Positions 28,001 through 30,439 of a stretch of DNA of 32,556 nucleotides are shown one piece after another (position 1 is the stretch's first letter; every line of letters begins with the position of its first letter). The DNA lies in contig DBVO01000023.1 in the NCBI GenBank assembly GCA_002308215.1, positions 40,754 through 73,309 of the forward strand. Direction: 5' to 3'. Source of the stretch: Christensenella sp. UBA1262. Lineage in GTDB: Bacteria; Bacillota; Clostridia; Christensenellales; CAG-917. Made by a program: the position numbers and the translations under genes. The notes beneath the pieces were generated by a model, which was not told where the DNA came from, did no database searches, and was given only the letters and a program-made list of their open reading frames with translations.

Positions 28001-29206
28001 ATTGACGTGCCAGTTCAATGGGATTTCAGCGGTGTTAACGTGAGTTATGCAGGTGGCACATTCACAGCATATGCATATATCAATGGTGATGGTGGATATG
28101 ACTACGAAAGAGCAGATGGTACAAAGAACGAAGTTGGTGCTCAAAAGGTTAAAGTAACTATTACCGTTAAAGATGGCGAAGCAAAATCAATTGTTGCTAG
28201 CGTCAACGACACAGCAAAAGGCGTTGTATATAACCTTGCAACAATCGATGGCATCATTTACAAATCAGATAGTTATATTAACCCATATGAATATGTTGAG
28301 CCAACAATGCCTAATGCTTTGAGAGTTAAACTCGCAGACGAATCCACAAAGGATTATAAAGTTGGGGCAAAGACCAATTCTCTCACATGGAACTTCTCAA
28401 CGTTCCGTCCAACATATCAAGGTGGCGTAACAAATGTAACAGCAATTCTTGTTGGTGAAGATGGCAGCGTACAAAAACTTGAGATACCATTTAGAGTTTA
28501 TAAGATGGAAGTTAAGAATATAACATCTTCTGCTTATACAACTACTATTACAAATGGTAGCGCAGATACGGATTATACAATCAATCCATATGATGGAACA
28601 ACATTGGCATTGCCAACAAGCTACACTGCAACATTTGCAACATACAAGCCAGTACTTGATTCAAACAACAAGGTAGATGACTTTACTGCAACAACAGATA
28701 AGTCTAAGACATTCTCATATGTTATTGTATCTATGCCAACAGCGTTAACATGGGATATTGCAGCTAGTGGTATTACATCAGAAGGTAATGGCAAAGAAGC
28801 AACAATTCAATTTGCAAATCAACAGAGAATTAATGTCAGACTTGCAGTTGCAGCAACAACTTCAATTACATCTGAACCATCACTTACAGCAAGTGCATCA
28901 ACTCTTACAACAAGAGTAACAGTTGGCGGAAAGAGCGTCCCAGTTGTTTGGTACGGCACAGCACAAGTATATGCAACAGATGGTTCAACAGTTATTGCAA
29001 CATATAATGTAACGCTTTCAAGCACTGGTTCATCAATGGCTCCACCTTCAGTAAAGGGCAGAACGATAAAATACACATTGAAGGCATATGTTGGTGCAGT
29101 TGTTAATAAGAACGGTAATGTTGTAACAACACAAAAAGTTGGCAACGCGGATGTTCCAGTTGGACAATATGTCACAGGCAATAAGACAGTCACTGTTACA
29201 GCCTAA
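3923..29206 (+). CDS. Giant (8,427-aa) N-terminally lipid-anchored, acidic surface protein: 13-14 diverged modules of unknown family plus a C-terminal Big_4-like Ig array
   Basis: The reading frame is open for 25,284 nt, with TAA at 29204-29206. The ORF-track start at 3899 (MCICLEEI) is rejected in favour of ATG 3923, which has the GGAGG site and starts a canonical lipoprotein signal peptide. The modular grammar is consistent along the whole ORF. There is no LPXTG, SLH or other recognisable C-terminal anchor; the C-terminus is ...GNKTVTVTA. Confidence 0.9.
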   Translation: MKKQKLLPIILLLVLVVIAVISLAACNPSSRQSSGGRQVIDKPDTPVNPTDDDDIANENYIGSQEAWRLLKDSALAASAQGKDARYLNFDTSVNFGFAKDVYNAQYVLRIAGSIDTQYDRTQGDSSKLLIELNRTTTNVLPDGTVEIVADSTGPVLSLYYVNEQIVIDLGGLSKGAHAVKTSDIDLTDLIAKLDGIIERIGISDLLWDKIFGLNIGTVLKELAHMDLVNVTLEDLIVNFLFGANKSRLVDLGEGRQQLQIPCDLSLIASLLPLVQGLIPEDIFDLIDRVLGIDLRKISALSGMALYLQAEITDDKLTGLSADIDVNLNSFGRDEVIKRYGLFQNDIGINLGYTSASFSSAPDIDVEAVINNKYSEGLANIEEYSILTLDARVDININAITKTVTIDNIVGSFGNLITNLLTKYLGEDMYNSLLPLFAKEIDFNRGTFSLSFVLQGSINTRDNAKTEIIAELRSEDGSTALGIYYIGSKKAVYIDASHLLTGVKEEDSLGNISFAGAKLKIENIDLNAIIDSLFDKLGNTIIDAINNISIFQNTKNELEGAIANNTIIIPHNAISSADDEQKVDTMALINMILDCIDIEMDGNIFNITDIKVALTKDVIDAILGLVLTGDNAGIKIPITNIDLVFANQGVTKVKTFGFDLGLGVTEPLVSLDLTGQIQFGSIIDKETFSRKIGDVIYDDASYIGIMEDGTLDISKFNISLSTGLTLDLQTLEGKIGEIDIDLGHLGIADDFLAGMYANILLTLGNIQGGLVVNLDASIDLSTGLTLDTLLNSQIRLTINKATNGEQVVYICLSDGYIYIDLSVLMLGVQKVKVKVSDIMNLVGQFTGESSSDALAADDEGGLLGGIDLGNIDIIGLIATSLGKIKVTDGFIEIGLAAGLIDKLLSMIGLTGIDIKFEKAEADGGIRLAVPDSLDLDDLQLEIWLAVGSNMDFTVSLDGFKVGLVDVPLGPANPDEFTDVLDAPYVSLDLGLGFDFYGDEGTSIFELGDDNNVALVPFTFNDPMTFNYKLRVAGDLDLTPVLDYLFGATSINTNDNTSELLIEISGSKFGGNEKVLLGLYYTGGTLYIDAENFGITKVSTDIDLYELILNLLMKDVNIKINDVGHTVAEALAAGDEEDQAAARREIFFEVLTFIQSDYAKVEVTRGITEAIFEIFGIDTNNAIAYLNFAWDKFEEHNHRSFEFTGAIYNENAQYVGAATIYADDDLSVKIVNALEGLYIKHNVYDRDDNLVVDDNGLPKVFALSEYVLASNVHGGFDEIDLFNSSKDIVLPSIFVELKGTISLGAAAGNDEWTIGEWIANFLDAEDNPALYTFIGDLLLQYNIPSDVARDFGFRIALKARLNPEVPINLTANIKYVELTQDNPSYTEVYKLVRNEFKLLSDEERASFDGKMYVKEYLPEGIPLEELKSLEGLEGDVKVYVKVGDNFRKVDPTRVADGTKMYVAKNLFDLTYILSHSDLAIEIYNKHIDLVDAMTSQTEKNAATILALRLVASENGLSTLYLDFRDDFHMAIDNLNLGELLGSLLSLVGNDEKKDNNATSSALLDNFDTSDLLGTIKGILAGVIYSINADKQGFKINFAEGLVTMLVNMLAGKQIPADQFIKLNTETSFFEFYWKYALNLSLGIDPLKFAIGLSQLKLELGGSASILPDDFNKSNYMTIDQLDEFSVNMALNVDLVVKKQPEQIRIEKYLDVLIADLGLKLGIDFPKDHDITYGIGLTLGANLALNNAENTKIVLELLNTVEDEIIAGFYIKGSELYIDMGKLSKQAIYVNNTDLADRICAFIVELMGRIGEDADAVTSADTDPAQELEIMLNIANGKLGLLVTENVILGLIAALAGNDEIANGKSITEIISEFGLDLSLSADMGLDPVEINVDLDSSLIELGIRVEDVGIATGSHNATSDTIAAKLEAAITRQDYVLLTDEEKAAIGADATKRYNYDSGTNSYVNDPYGDYQLKDHFKQQADTHVITLDLGIIVDYSACATYALVDETTLANYPLNERYSKNVHDGRFVKDPKGHYVRNGFTYNEIIEQILRLPALADILSTALPVVRFGGENFVSTETDGSLTVGALLQHLGLNVFLDSAIDDGFLIDIGIKIDLEKLGIFEEGTDELKEIDKIHITGPNILRAIELKIEVDFDYDKAKPASEHAKVGIYFADGELFLDLSGIGSEKIKIEVQPIFDLLGFDLSTFDFSLGSIVDTVKDALASADEEEPGILDGLVDRFTDVSGIISIVNSAITRIQLQAEQWAKNPLLYKIKDLSIFFSANIVNDLLSLLVGDEIFFESSILDETQSGIFFNLDDDSFADVYADDMWSLRLLFALANKEDVNADPLAEDKTYKIDIKLGLNLGVQFESIQTAESLVPNSKRLEFISLDEYLENLLNVFNGIYECTYDEETDPAEDQIYYTFSENKADGDYIVKNRTFRKIIPGEGIAEDTMRYTRGFALVNSGIVYNVNFVQNDEGNYEYDAENDIYVAYAGAGANNRYNAQIDVALGENVKLYNRNDLETYTDQNISLSIAGLIYFNTSGVETYNIGNLVSNLLGEMLMELKTLEAFNNGIGFKLSLNLDLAAIDFGALLGGDFDLMEFITESDFTKIELALELIELDEYNAFKKIRKSDGTLQDRVLGGIYMSHGSLYLDATELVNVAENYSRIDNFMDLVAVVIDKGKNAIDSLKNLFGGSEEEAQTAAESEEEILHDAILALVYSDTAFQIQITRSIISLLIASILPDLGSIDEIFDMFDISLNIKHGEEVFSKISDIEDAEFRAKFEDEYKADKYAYFADEDYSEEDNVNGKYAAANIGGIERYLPINVYKLYHEETIDAKTVMVANENNAFIDGKTNYITYNGTFYEVINLRTRRIGYVKDPDVAISDAYYRSTRYYSRLDEFFVGLDIAVGSMNLGFEVGGISFGFGAGQTLLPDYIRDSKAHTYIDEHGDELVYNALDPDAIERTEDLSTNPFYDTVIRVAFSVEIDFSITESIFDFGKILHNILGDINGVVFEAPHTAKHFSSAHFRLDFSLMLDMYDITNSELKVELIAITETGYESKWLGLYYLNNALYIDAEEFFNIPKIAINGLNIRDMLFQLIGEDIFIDWDEIGASSAEALAADDGIDFSNKELALAILISKNNLAIGIGDKLFDYIIGLLTDLTNIDFESIIYTAIDGNLAVTLNTEDGIDLEAAAGLNIAGDRYNVVGDVENYHDEILANLKNDNAKYYIFEEEDPTPGSQAGYYIESDNAQYYRAVTPVDPAGKRYVRYEVVLNNAQDSFKKRMVLDLDEKGIPQYGPEVNVQNADMVYALTEGDSVNKAYVADGGKYDIDLKLVLGIRDLDVQFINSRNYALTEEDLDKYTSLNDLDRISLSETIELDASLKKSETDERENDIDLSELIEYFLPGISSEEVITLISASSDSGKDVDRKFWLTVTVDIQLSALMNYLRTTKFDMGTEEDPDAITYVTKLIDGIKGLLDGGFSLDKVLDIVLDVASYIGISIVITTQNGQEREKGIEPHTVFGIYLVGGSYKLMSANEYVEADDDYVSPDFRYSHYYENSKGSYIYDGHNFVYNHDPNYIGTRYSFDSSYCYRNPLGEYKRENGGIYIDLSYFNLPSLVINSKTMRNLVANLPNLIASFTSSDAQVADEDEEESSGGLSLPLIDDTVSEYLKTFIFGLRMTSSYIALMLNPDYINQILKLIGGEDFTLQFGYDFVNKPEVKIYADNHRYKYLSTDEILAEVKAAKEAYDVDPTTENRDAWQLAVAEVEKLFNNTRYRFTVEKVDDIDDGMYWIDEDGAYALKTDMTVSERKNYDREVEAGTKFYYNVSTIDTYVKVGTDYVKYVNATTAQMRSVENNAQLYSLYGVTFPQLYLLTTDYEPVDEILAAQLYCVDVLAERNPLIGIQLYLWNYEVALNIKMPNIKADEFIYITGADAIAAHVDAPIAARYATESKELLTAVDRVQDGLYQWKADYYTADAFDVVKYNANPRQYEYKNKYYIIDGTTLCTIDTDNKYIPVGAPIPDYMYEIAENGAVYYIHVPDEGYFKLQRSFVYRLTKYDLDGKRLLSVEEASSSEFEDPTSYYVRDVQTSAITIPDFSTSAYDAYAYDDFIDTDDVFYVSMKLAGRIAFEGGKMYFDYDKYRTLYNADPLHTLTLGPTDLDITNDEWAMLRLISFKYFHGDYVQVTDRAEANQLKKDGELFIWANSELGEKYDGVNEPLNQVLSGILGSMQGYFQVTEKTKMEIFFEIKLNMSFEINFTPAFNIIVRDLDLAIDAWGRQEDLKTNPLTTDEDDYEYVTAEERKNYSGELFYGSLTHVLGIYYSNDHDTGEAGLYVDLSWLLGNGGKIYIDLSEYTIEDVISGLVGDLLGGNSSDALAADDEVVYQSPDDASLYLSIFTNALALELSTSFLKVLIAELAPDSGNILDMLPNAKIYLKQTLNPYDLTLGLLLYNEKGTVPVLDVKLQVFGLNGNGTDESSYVDFGREEEFRARENIEEPSYIFYYANFYSDNENGNFAKNGVYKGYMPASNVDFTLKPDGNYKKVADEYVALSREELTSYTGDRYAANASYERLSLSEKEFVPVLEKSRYAYGSVWQDQYNGYLYDVNGNVLFDNQLYRDIVDTRVFHEYTGPLYIMNVHENNKLEYVTKLNLTGFTAEGDLQYILKDQAPTELVDACVANGIGTLTLRGVECYPVDYNGDGTTDRDEADRIANSVTVYKAVQNFTDYTRVGAMNLNDIINGISGGNFEIASLLEGFDTFNTVELNLNIDLGLRLKDVINWTNIMTEFIGDSAIAETVFFLATSLTADDHSFESTIGLDIALHLYINVQSLLNALMDEDGFDLVKGLEGSKIFAEIVYNTNFHGDDKPKMKLWIEIEDGKLNGYIDMKEIGEIVGLGDYFSYGLVEGVDVNNLLSQVSGLLGGLGSASTEALATADDEEIVSTGVLPENIWNIVNAIIGRLLIADDFVTIGLDENLMNGLIKLLIGGDNDDLVDIIALLPHLRTTNDRNTSGITINFYGTAPTIDLNFGWVVGKEYELEVSEYNAKYGVHGSQHDGENIVANQAGIAFDSEGKVIVSTKEYALKGFAYPSWAGDSYKWDGEEFVVDAAGKYLKLGDFNLFVSIYGLTADVNKPFTYGTAQETMMRDEFDNDISDQFVKFEDAHFGIDLAIGVAIYGSGPAGDANIIDLSEMLDLILGLVAPNSAISGSTLRLNIVNELGYSDRDFVTLNIKAYISNNKFNLDPANGELFNVQAAITLVLHRDSGDKILLGAYLDHDNVYLDLSEILGETAKISITNLGVNKLLAELLSGLVQANDASEAMAAGADEIAYIESTMMDVPYVFIKVNPRKILLQLNADVVNAVYKKIMAIRGQEQKNLIPDIGDLMLKSYTDADGTHLSLNLRFSDGFYACLSIPTLKLTKAAPSGLTISDAEKLEYQEAITSDASKGGLVGGGDLEVKLSTIGLHLGMNITMTSENHLESSEPELYNKSLFGWLEKTLASLLSGTEAVGSFVALSSAELETYTGKRYKIVYNEDPQGLYKKSGNNYVRIATSTSEWTSTTLTRYSQSYVEDEEGTYKFVMADMSFTFTSTPIEIFIDLKANVNLPAILQYGIAGILFSDLALEINMGAPINKTFMKLYYLGSSRLTDTPAEGLRHQLTATDTGVYSDAIYIDATGLGLGKIKFQGLAGLLGAQPGGPIADAHTASEGNSAADQAAAAAALFLEISLENGRTSVTFDKSLLEFAIGLLNLDLPFDLPDLQSVDLSLISDGGNLNEINLNALLDTVGTAANIQIKPITLGFGSGFLDRESLVDEVKTGYAGITYSKTAGLFSLIQNVLDGLNPGLYIEVQNNISEYVSSGTGSVTSSSGTSNVKLRLNKAYNEIKNGEKHYMLAATIVATHPKASKTLNASLNIGSNNIYVTGLDFLSGLGDAIVGWLIPLALEDDNTSFIDNLLTWVDDNGNEQKGLVRGIDGDNGTWSYPKNTPGSSGGGSQEKIDGIKHTAPDGKTVTYSYPLELKNLVKKLEVNLFNNNGYVPYYSGMGTVANTNRFVSLHIELNHRAYNELLLFVYTLVLNLFKDKIDDGDINGGYKYFVNNGSLESTSCAGVLDGLNTRYKTYVNNPTDANFNAMVTYMKNYISGIPYTLEHFLMQCVVMPAINMNLYGAIDLVEWAEHALQNIASLIGTLLPIPFSEGTYNPNINLYIDLNPTAADYGRSGKTMLPGIQAIEIMVNCKKNGTGTGMTTGTNYWFLRINPLSAEDSSIKTGMLAFNESAEAAETDINLGDAYITITDPATREGTLTASGSTKSIELRDAYLTDKNYFPQYADVTFLQKDGGNYLHSYKEGSYKASRGTRIVWDASSVDLTPPSAESSETRRLAGYVYGYALNTVMYAIPVYVTDGRTVTDVKSYTYDSASGSWKAKKIKVDINENAKIFGNQLPDLVQLVFNDGAKIFGTVQGGSALIGTNININNVTNNTFESTKTETGVKVYTTVPAYTAALVKNPDGTYFKYSPTDDPGEYYVVDRSLLPPSSNYPAGIITWDTSNYKYDWKGATDKSGKLEISYTYQWGFSATCKGTIEIDTVNYEIETLNKFSFVNGSSIKSLDNLDAFALTADQSDLEAYINNIKTVSGTTTGNGKITNMSVKWDLTNLRKAIADLGKDADNHTNYYKGLDVEVTAYVGGDVFKVISVKTDAEDGGLLGGGSSANEYGFVGKGSTDPNYATAGHIAQAFKVRVKVKPYTYDSIPAKGALVFDPYSAEQISGASFSVERQINFRNGTRTATPKSMNENLLSIDAPYFYVGGEYINAYGNGLKIGDITYNGYSGSRLYAKLTIGTAYSGKQVVYAPITINALKQQVTPLRVGHEDVFNPEWYSNVSVIENVSFGSGIVHDMVPDWTTIKYFKEQNAKTPLANIYAGGTVFAQVKAYVKDGNTNIGCPKDKDGNDIPQTITLKLTVEQQKITNVKFFYNNGLQGGRDIYSTKDGAPLVSTLSESVLKNPDNYVGTVYAQTHMVNMTAYGIDPLNYVLHPEDYFKIGDWGDVVNGTAVLVELESGDPYIGYLQDVVIAIRDKVEGIETTIYGTIGGQNVKLAVHMPNYTFTGVTALDGSSTLSLRGGDPNPTSLAFNYSALDAWRLPEFARFTTVTGPDGGVVANITWLNETSPSIEELNEHVDAGDHYVIREYRFFDGTKYQTDIYQARIYVTNYDKNADSIILNGLNTVYTPFTEYSLPTTATVTYSGGTAEEVPVIWNDYSTPSEEEINAGAFTRKVFVGGNMRAAGWSQDIIFTVDKQFEFKSAEGFITNGSNISYVLSADNFFEGLPRSGKVVVGGGEVAVEYFWDITYNAQGYEGEVNLYVKNEYLEIAVPVALTVEGATIAGFKKDDGNKLKIDHYGVESTFFKSGTEAMLISSTGEDVEVLGTYTLPADFYSNAAKYFGKVLNVTVTFSFNGGREDVLTETLTESVYVIDRSAKYISESAFRSVTIDPFYENSIARLEEANENGLHITVFADETSFNEFEADVDWSGVAKLLKNQDSDYLYSAKVTTVVDGVQVVQSVVIPVTIMNRTVVDTDFNPETEGKDWEFLYSDTSKSATTTDTYRSNHGEYFNIVFSTKAGEYPEQFIFENQFSYRGLACLPSQIEFTFENDEVRHYALTYENVPGFAEVSLNSTTRRTIKLNIWSGEEDDAAVEPAGDGSDGRFIFNTLEVELVIRPVQITIQNSDLAYNDWDIEHVYVHDLNPYASEADSVFGSNSGFPDTTTYYVGGTYIKLSKWTSQGDFGDSTNTDWKRIHSIYYALGTYSNAASASAIAADGMWLYAKDAVGDGYHIAYEYDWETERLVVKEDEATSTKYYVNPLRYRYNSINRTYKLDDTVSDEDAYIFVYVVKQTLDVEWDHTGVAYTYKGGVVYTSAKVSTSDQDNKTEATVKVPIHIANAKVQSIDFAAHTSGTTGRFYRAVGNYFEIYPYDSVVNGNFFERVGGYDVSMRYAKKDDGTFELDEEGTYKYVDGEYVELTYAELGNYKYFPSVGTITLTDGTTIDVPVQWDFSGVNVSYAGGTFTAYAYINGDGGYDYERADGTKNEVGAQKVKVTITVKDGEAKSIVASVNDTAKGVVYNLATIDGIIYKSDSYINPYEYVEPTMPNALRVKLADESTKDYKVGAKTNSLTWNFSTFRPTYQGGVTNVTAILVGEDGSVQKLEIPFRVYKMEVKNITSSAYTTTITNGSADTDYTINPYDGTTLALPTSYTATFATYKPVLDSNNKVDDFTATTDKSKTFSYVIVSMPTALTWDIAASGITSEGNGKEATIQFANQQRINVRLAVAATTSITSEPSLTASASTLTTRVTVGGKSVPVVWYGTAQVYATDGSTVIATYNVTLSSTGSSMAPPSVKGRTIKYTLKAYVGAVVNKNGNVVTTQKVGNADVPVGQYVTGNKTVTVTA
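4388..21150 (+). repeat. Array of 14 highly diverged protein modules (about 260-730 aa each), each closed by a conserved junction cassette; protein-level repeat only
   Basis: ...YY/...YID-type cores at 4388-4435, 5357-5404, 6338-6379, 7145-7183, 8462-8482, 9212-9250, 10418-10456, 11837-11878, 13100-13138, 14723-14740, 16865-16963, 18521-18565, 19709-19750, 20813-20920. Acidic Ala-rich hinges at 5642-5659, 6467-6496, 7298-7330, 8561-8617, 9347-9394, 10574-10603, 12002-12043, 13253-13285, 14834-14872, 17027-17056, 18683-18724, 19850-19885, 21011-21061. In 12 of 13 cases the hinge starts 21-41 residues after the YID/YLD core. Confidence 0.75.
17996..18037 (+). other. Single EF-hand/dockerin-like Ca2+-binding loop D-Y-N-G-D-G-T-T-D-R-D-E
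   Basis: DYNGDGTTDRDE fits the 12-residue loop pattern D-x-N-x-D-G-x-x-D-x-x-E. It lies in the context LTLRGVECYPVDYNGDGTTDRDEADRIANSV. Only one such loop was noticed in the protein. Confidence 0.45.
22859..29203 (+). repeat. C-terminal array of roughly 15-17 diverged Ig-like units of the Big_4 type
   Basis: The pattern (L/F)P..(a).V.(f/y)..G......V.W(D/N)....(v)....G.Y......(v) recurs. Examples: LPTTATVTYSGGTAEEVPVIWND (25580-25648), FPSVGTITLTDGTTIDVPVQWD (27959-28024), FPQYADVTFLQKDGG...RIVWDASSVDL, LPRSGKVVVGGGEVAVEYFWD, MPNALRVKLADESTKDY...LTWNFS. Assignment to PF07532-like domains is from memory of the consensus, not from an HMM search. Confidence 0.6.
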
Positions 29207-29230
29207 GGTCAAACAACTAAATAATTAACT

Positions 29231-29254
29231 CAAGGGCGTAGCAATACGCCCTTG
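29231..29254 (+). terminator. Strong hairpin (10-bp stem, GCAA loop) without a U-tract, 3' of the giant gene: partial terminator or 3'-end stabiliser
   Basis: CAAGGGCGTA-GCAA-TACGCCCTTG is a perfect 10-bp stem 25 nt after the stop codon. It is followed by AAAATCAAATATC, which is A-rich rather than T-rich, so it is not a canonical intrinsic terminator. Confidence 0.5.
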
Positions 29255-29302
29255 AAAATCAAATATCAATAAAAATACATACGTTTTGGAGGAAGCAACA
29301 AA

Positions 29303-30433
29303 ATGGGCTTATTTTCAGGCATCAAGAAACAACTTCTCAAAGTTATAGAATGGGAAGATCAATCAAGAAACACTCTTGTCCACAAATTTATTTGTGATGA
29401 CAGATATGCAATCATGAAAGGTTCACAACTTATCGTTAGACCTTCTCAAGCTGCAATATTTGTTTATCAAGGTTCTATCTGCGATGTTTTCACAGAAGGC
29501 ATTTGGAAATTAGAAGAAGGTTCAACACCTATTCTTACCAAACTTGCAAACTGGAAGTACGCATTTGAAAATCCGAAGCTTGTTGACGTATACTTTGTCA
29601 ACCTTCGTCAATTTACTCAAATGAAATGGGGTACACCAAACCCTATCATGATGAGAGATAAAGACTTTGGAATGATTAGAATTTCCGGTCACGGCGAATA
29701 TTCATTCCATGTTATGAAACCAGACCTCTTTATGAGAGAGTGCTTTGGTACAATCCATTCCTTCAAAACAGAAGATATTCAAGAACACCTTAGAAGTATC
29801 GTTCTTGCAGAACTCACCGACCTTATGGGTGAGTGCCAAATTCCTGCACTTGATCTTGCAGCAAATTATCTTGAACTTGGCGATACAGCACGTAATCATG
29901 CAGCAGCAAGATTCCAAGCTCTCGGTCTTGACATAGATCAAATTCTCATTCGCAATTTGAAGCTCCCAGAGGCCGTAGAACAAGCGATGGATAAACGCAC
30001 GACTCTTGGTGTGTTCAGTGGCGCTATGGACCAATATGCTCAATATGAGGCCGTAGGAGCTATGCGTGATGCAGCAAAGAATGGTAATGGTGCAGCGGGA
30101 TCATTCGTTAATATGGGCATGGGCCTCACAGCAGGCGCCGCAATCGGTCAACAATTTGCAGGTGGCCTTAATGATGCTATGACACCACAAGCAAAATGTC
30201 CAAAATGTGGAGCATCCGTAAAGAAGGGCGTAAAGTTCTGCCCAGAATGCGGAGCAAAGATTGAACAAGAAAGCGAAAAGGTTGCATGTCCAAAATGTGG
30301 ACAACCCGTAGATCCTAATGCAAAGTTCTGCCCACATTGTGGCGAACCAATGAAGAAAACTTGCCCAAAGTGTGGTCAAGCTGTTAATGGCGGAGTTAAA
30401 TTCTGCCCAAATTGCGGAGAAAAACTTTCATAA
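29303..30433 (+). CDS. ydjI: SPFH (stomatin/prohibitin/flotillin/HflKC)-domain protein of the YdjI / COG4260 type with three C-terminal zinc ribbons
   Basis: 376-codon ORF. GGAGGA (29288-29293) lies 9 nt before ATG 29303. The N-terminal MGLFSGIKKQLLKVIEWED...IMKGSQLIVRPSQAAIFVYQG...KYAFENP...VYFVNLRQFTQMKWGTPNPIMMRD...IPALDLAANY...LPEAVEQAMDKRT matches my recollection of the COG4260 (putative virion core protein-like) SPFH family to which B. subtilis YdjI belongs. An Ala/Gly-rich linker and CPxCG zinc ribbons follow. Confidence 0.8.
   Translation: MGLFSGIKKQLLKVIEWEDQSRNTLVHKFICDDRYAIMKGSQLIVRPSQAAIFVYQGSICDVFTEGIWKLEEGSTPILTKLANWKYAFENPKLVDVYFVNLRQFTQMKWGTPNPIMMRDKDFGMIRISGHGEYSFHVMKPDLFMRECFGTIHSFKTEDIQEHLRSIVLAELTDLMGECQIPALDLAANYLELGDTARNHAAARFQALGLDIDQILIRNLKLPEAVEQAMDKRTTLGVFSGAMDQYAQYEAVGAMRDAAKNGNGAAGSFVNMGMGLTAGAAIGQQFAGGLNDAMTPQAKCPKCGASVKKGVKFCPECGAKIEQESEKVACPKCGQPVDPNAKFCPHCGEPMKKTCPKCGQAVNGGVKFCPNCGEKLS
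30194..30430 (+). repeat. Three tandem zinc-ribbon units (C-P-K-C-G-x9-10-F-C-P-x-C-G)
   Basis: The units are KCPKCGASVKKGVKFCPECG, ACPKCGQPVDPNAKFCPHCG and TCPKCGQAVNGGVKFCPNCG. First Cys codons are at 30197, 30287 and 30362 (spacing 30 and 25 codons). The DNA string tgtccaaaatgtgg is repeated at 30197 and 30287. Confidence 0.85.
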
Positions 30434-30439
30434 CGCGTT

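Noticed and set aside
4399-29193. Dozens of 60-186-aa ORFs on the minus strand and in the other plus frames inside the giant gene (e.g. 15497..16057 -, 17807..18337 -, 6370..6798 -, 15867..16277 +, 10941..11327 +)
   Set aside because: All are fully embedded in a 25-kb ORF that has coherent protein architecture. Their translations are low-complexity, Cys/Ile/Asn- or Ser-rich, and have no SD or recognisable motifs. They are expected by-products of the strong codon bias of the real frame.
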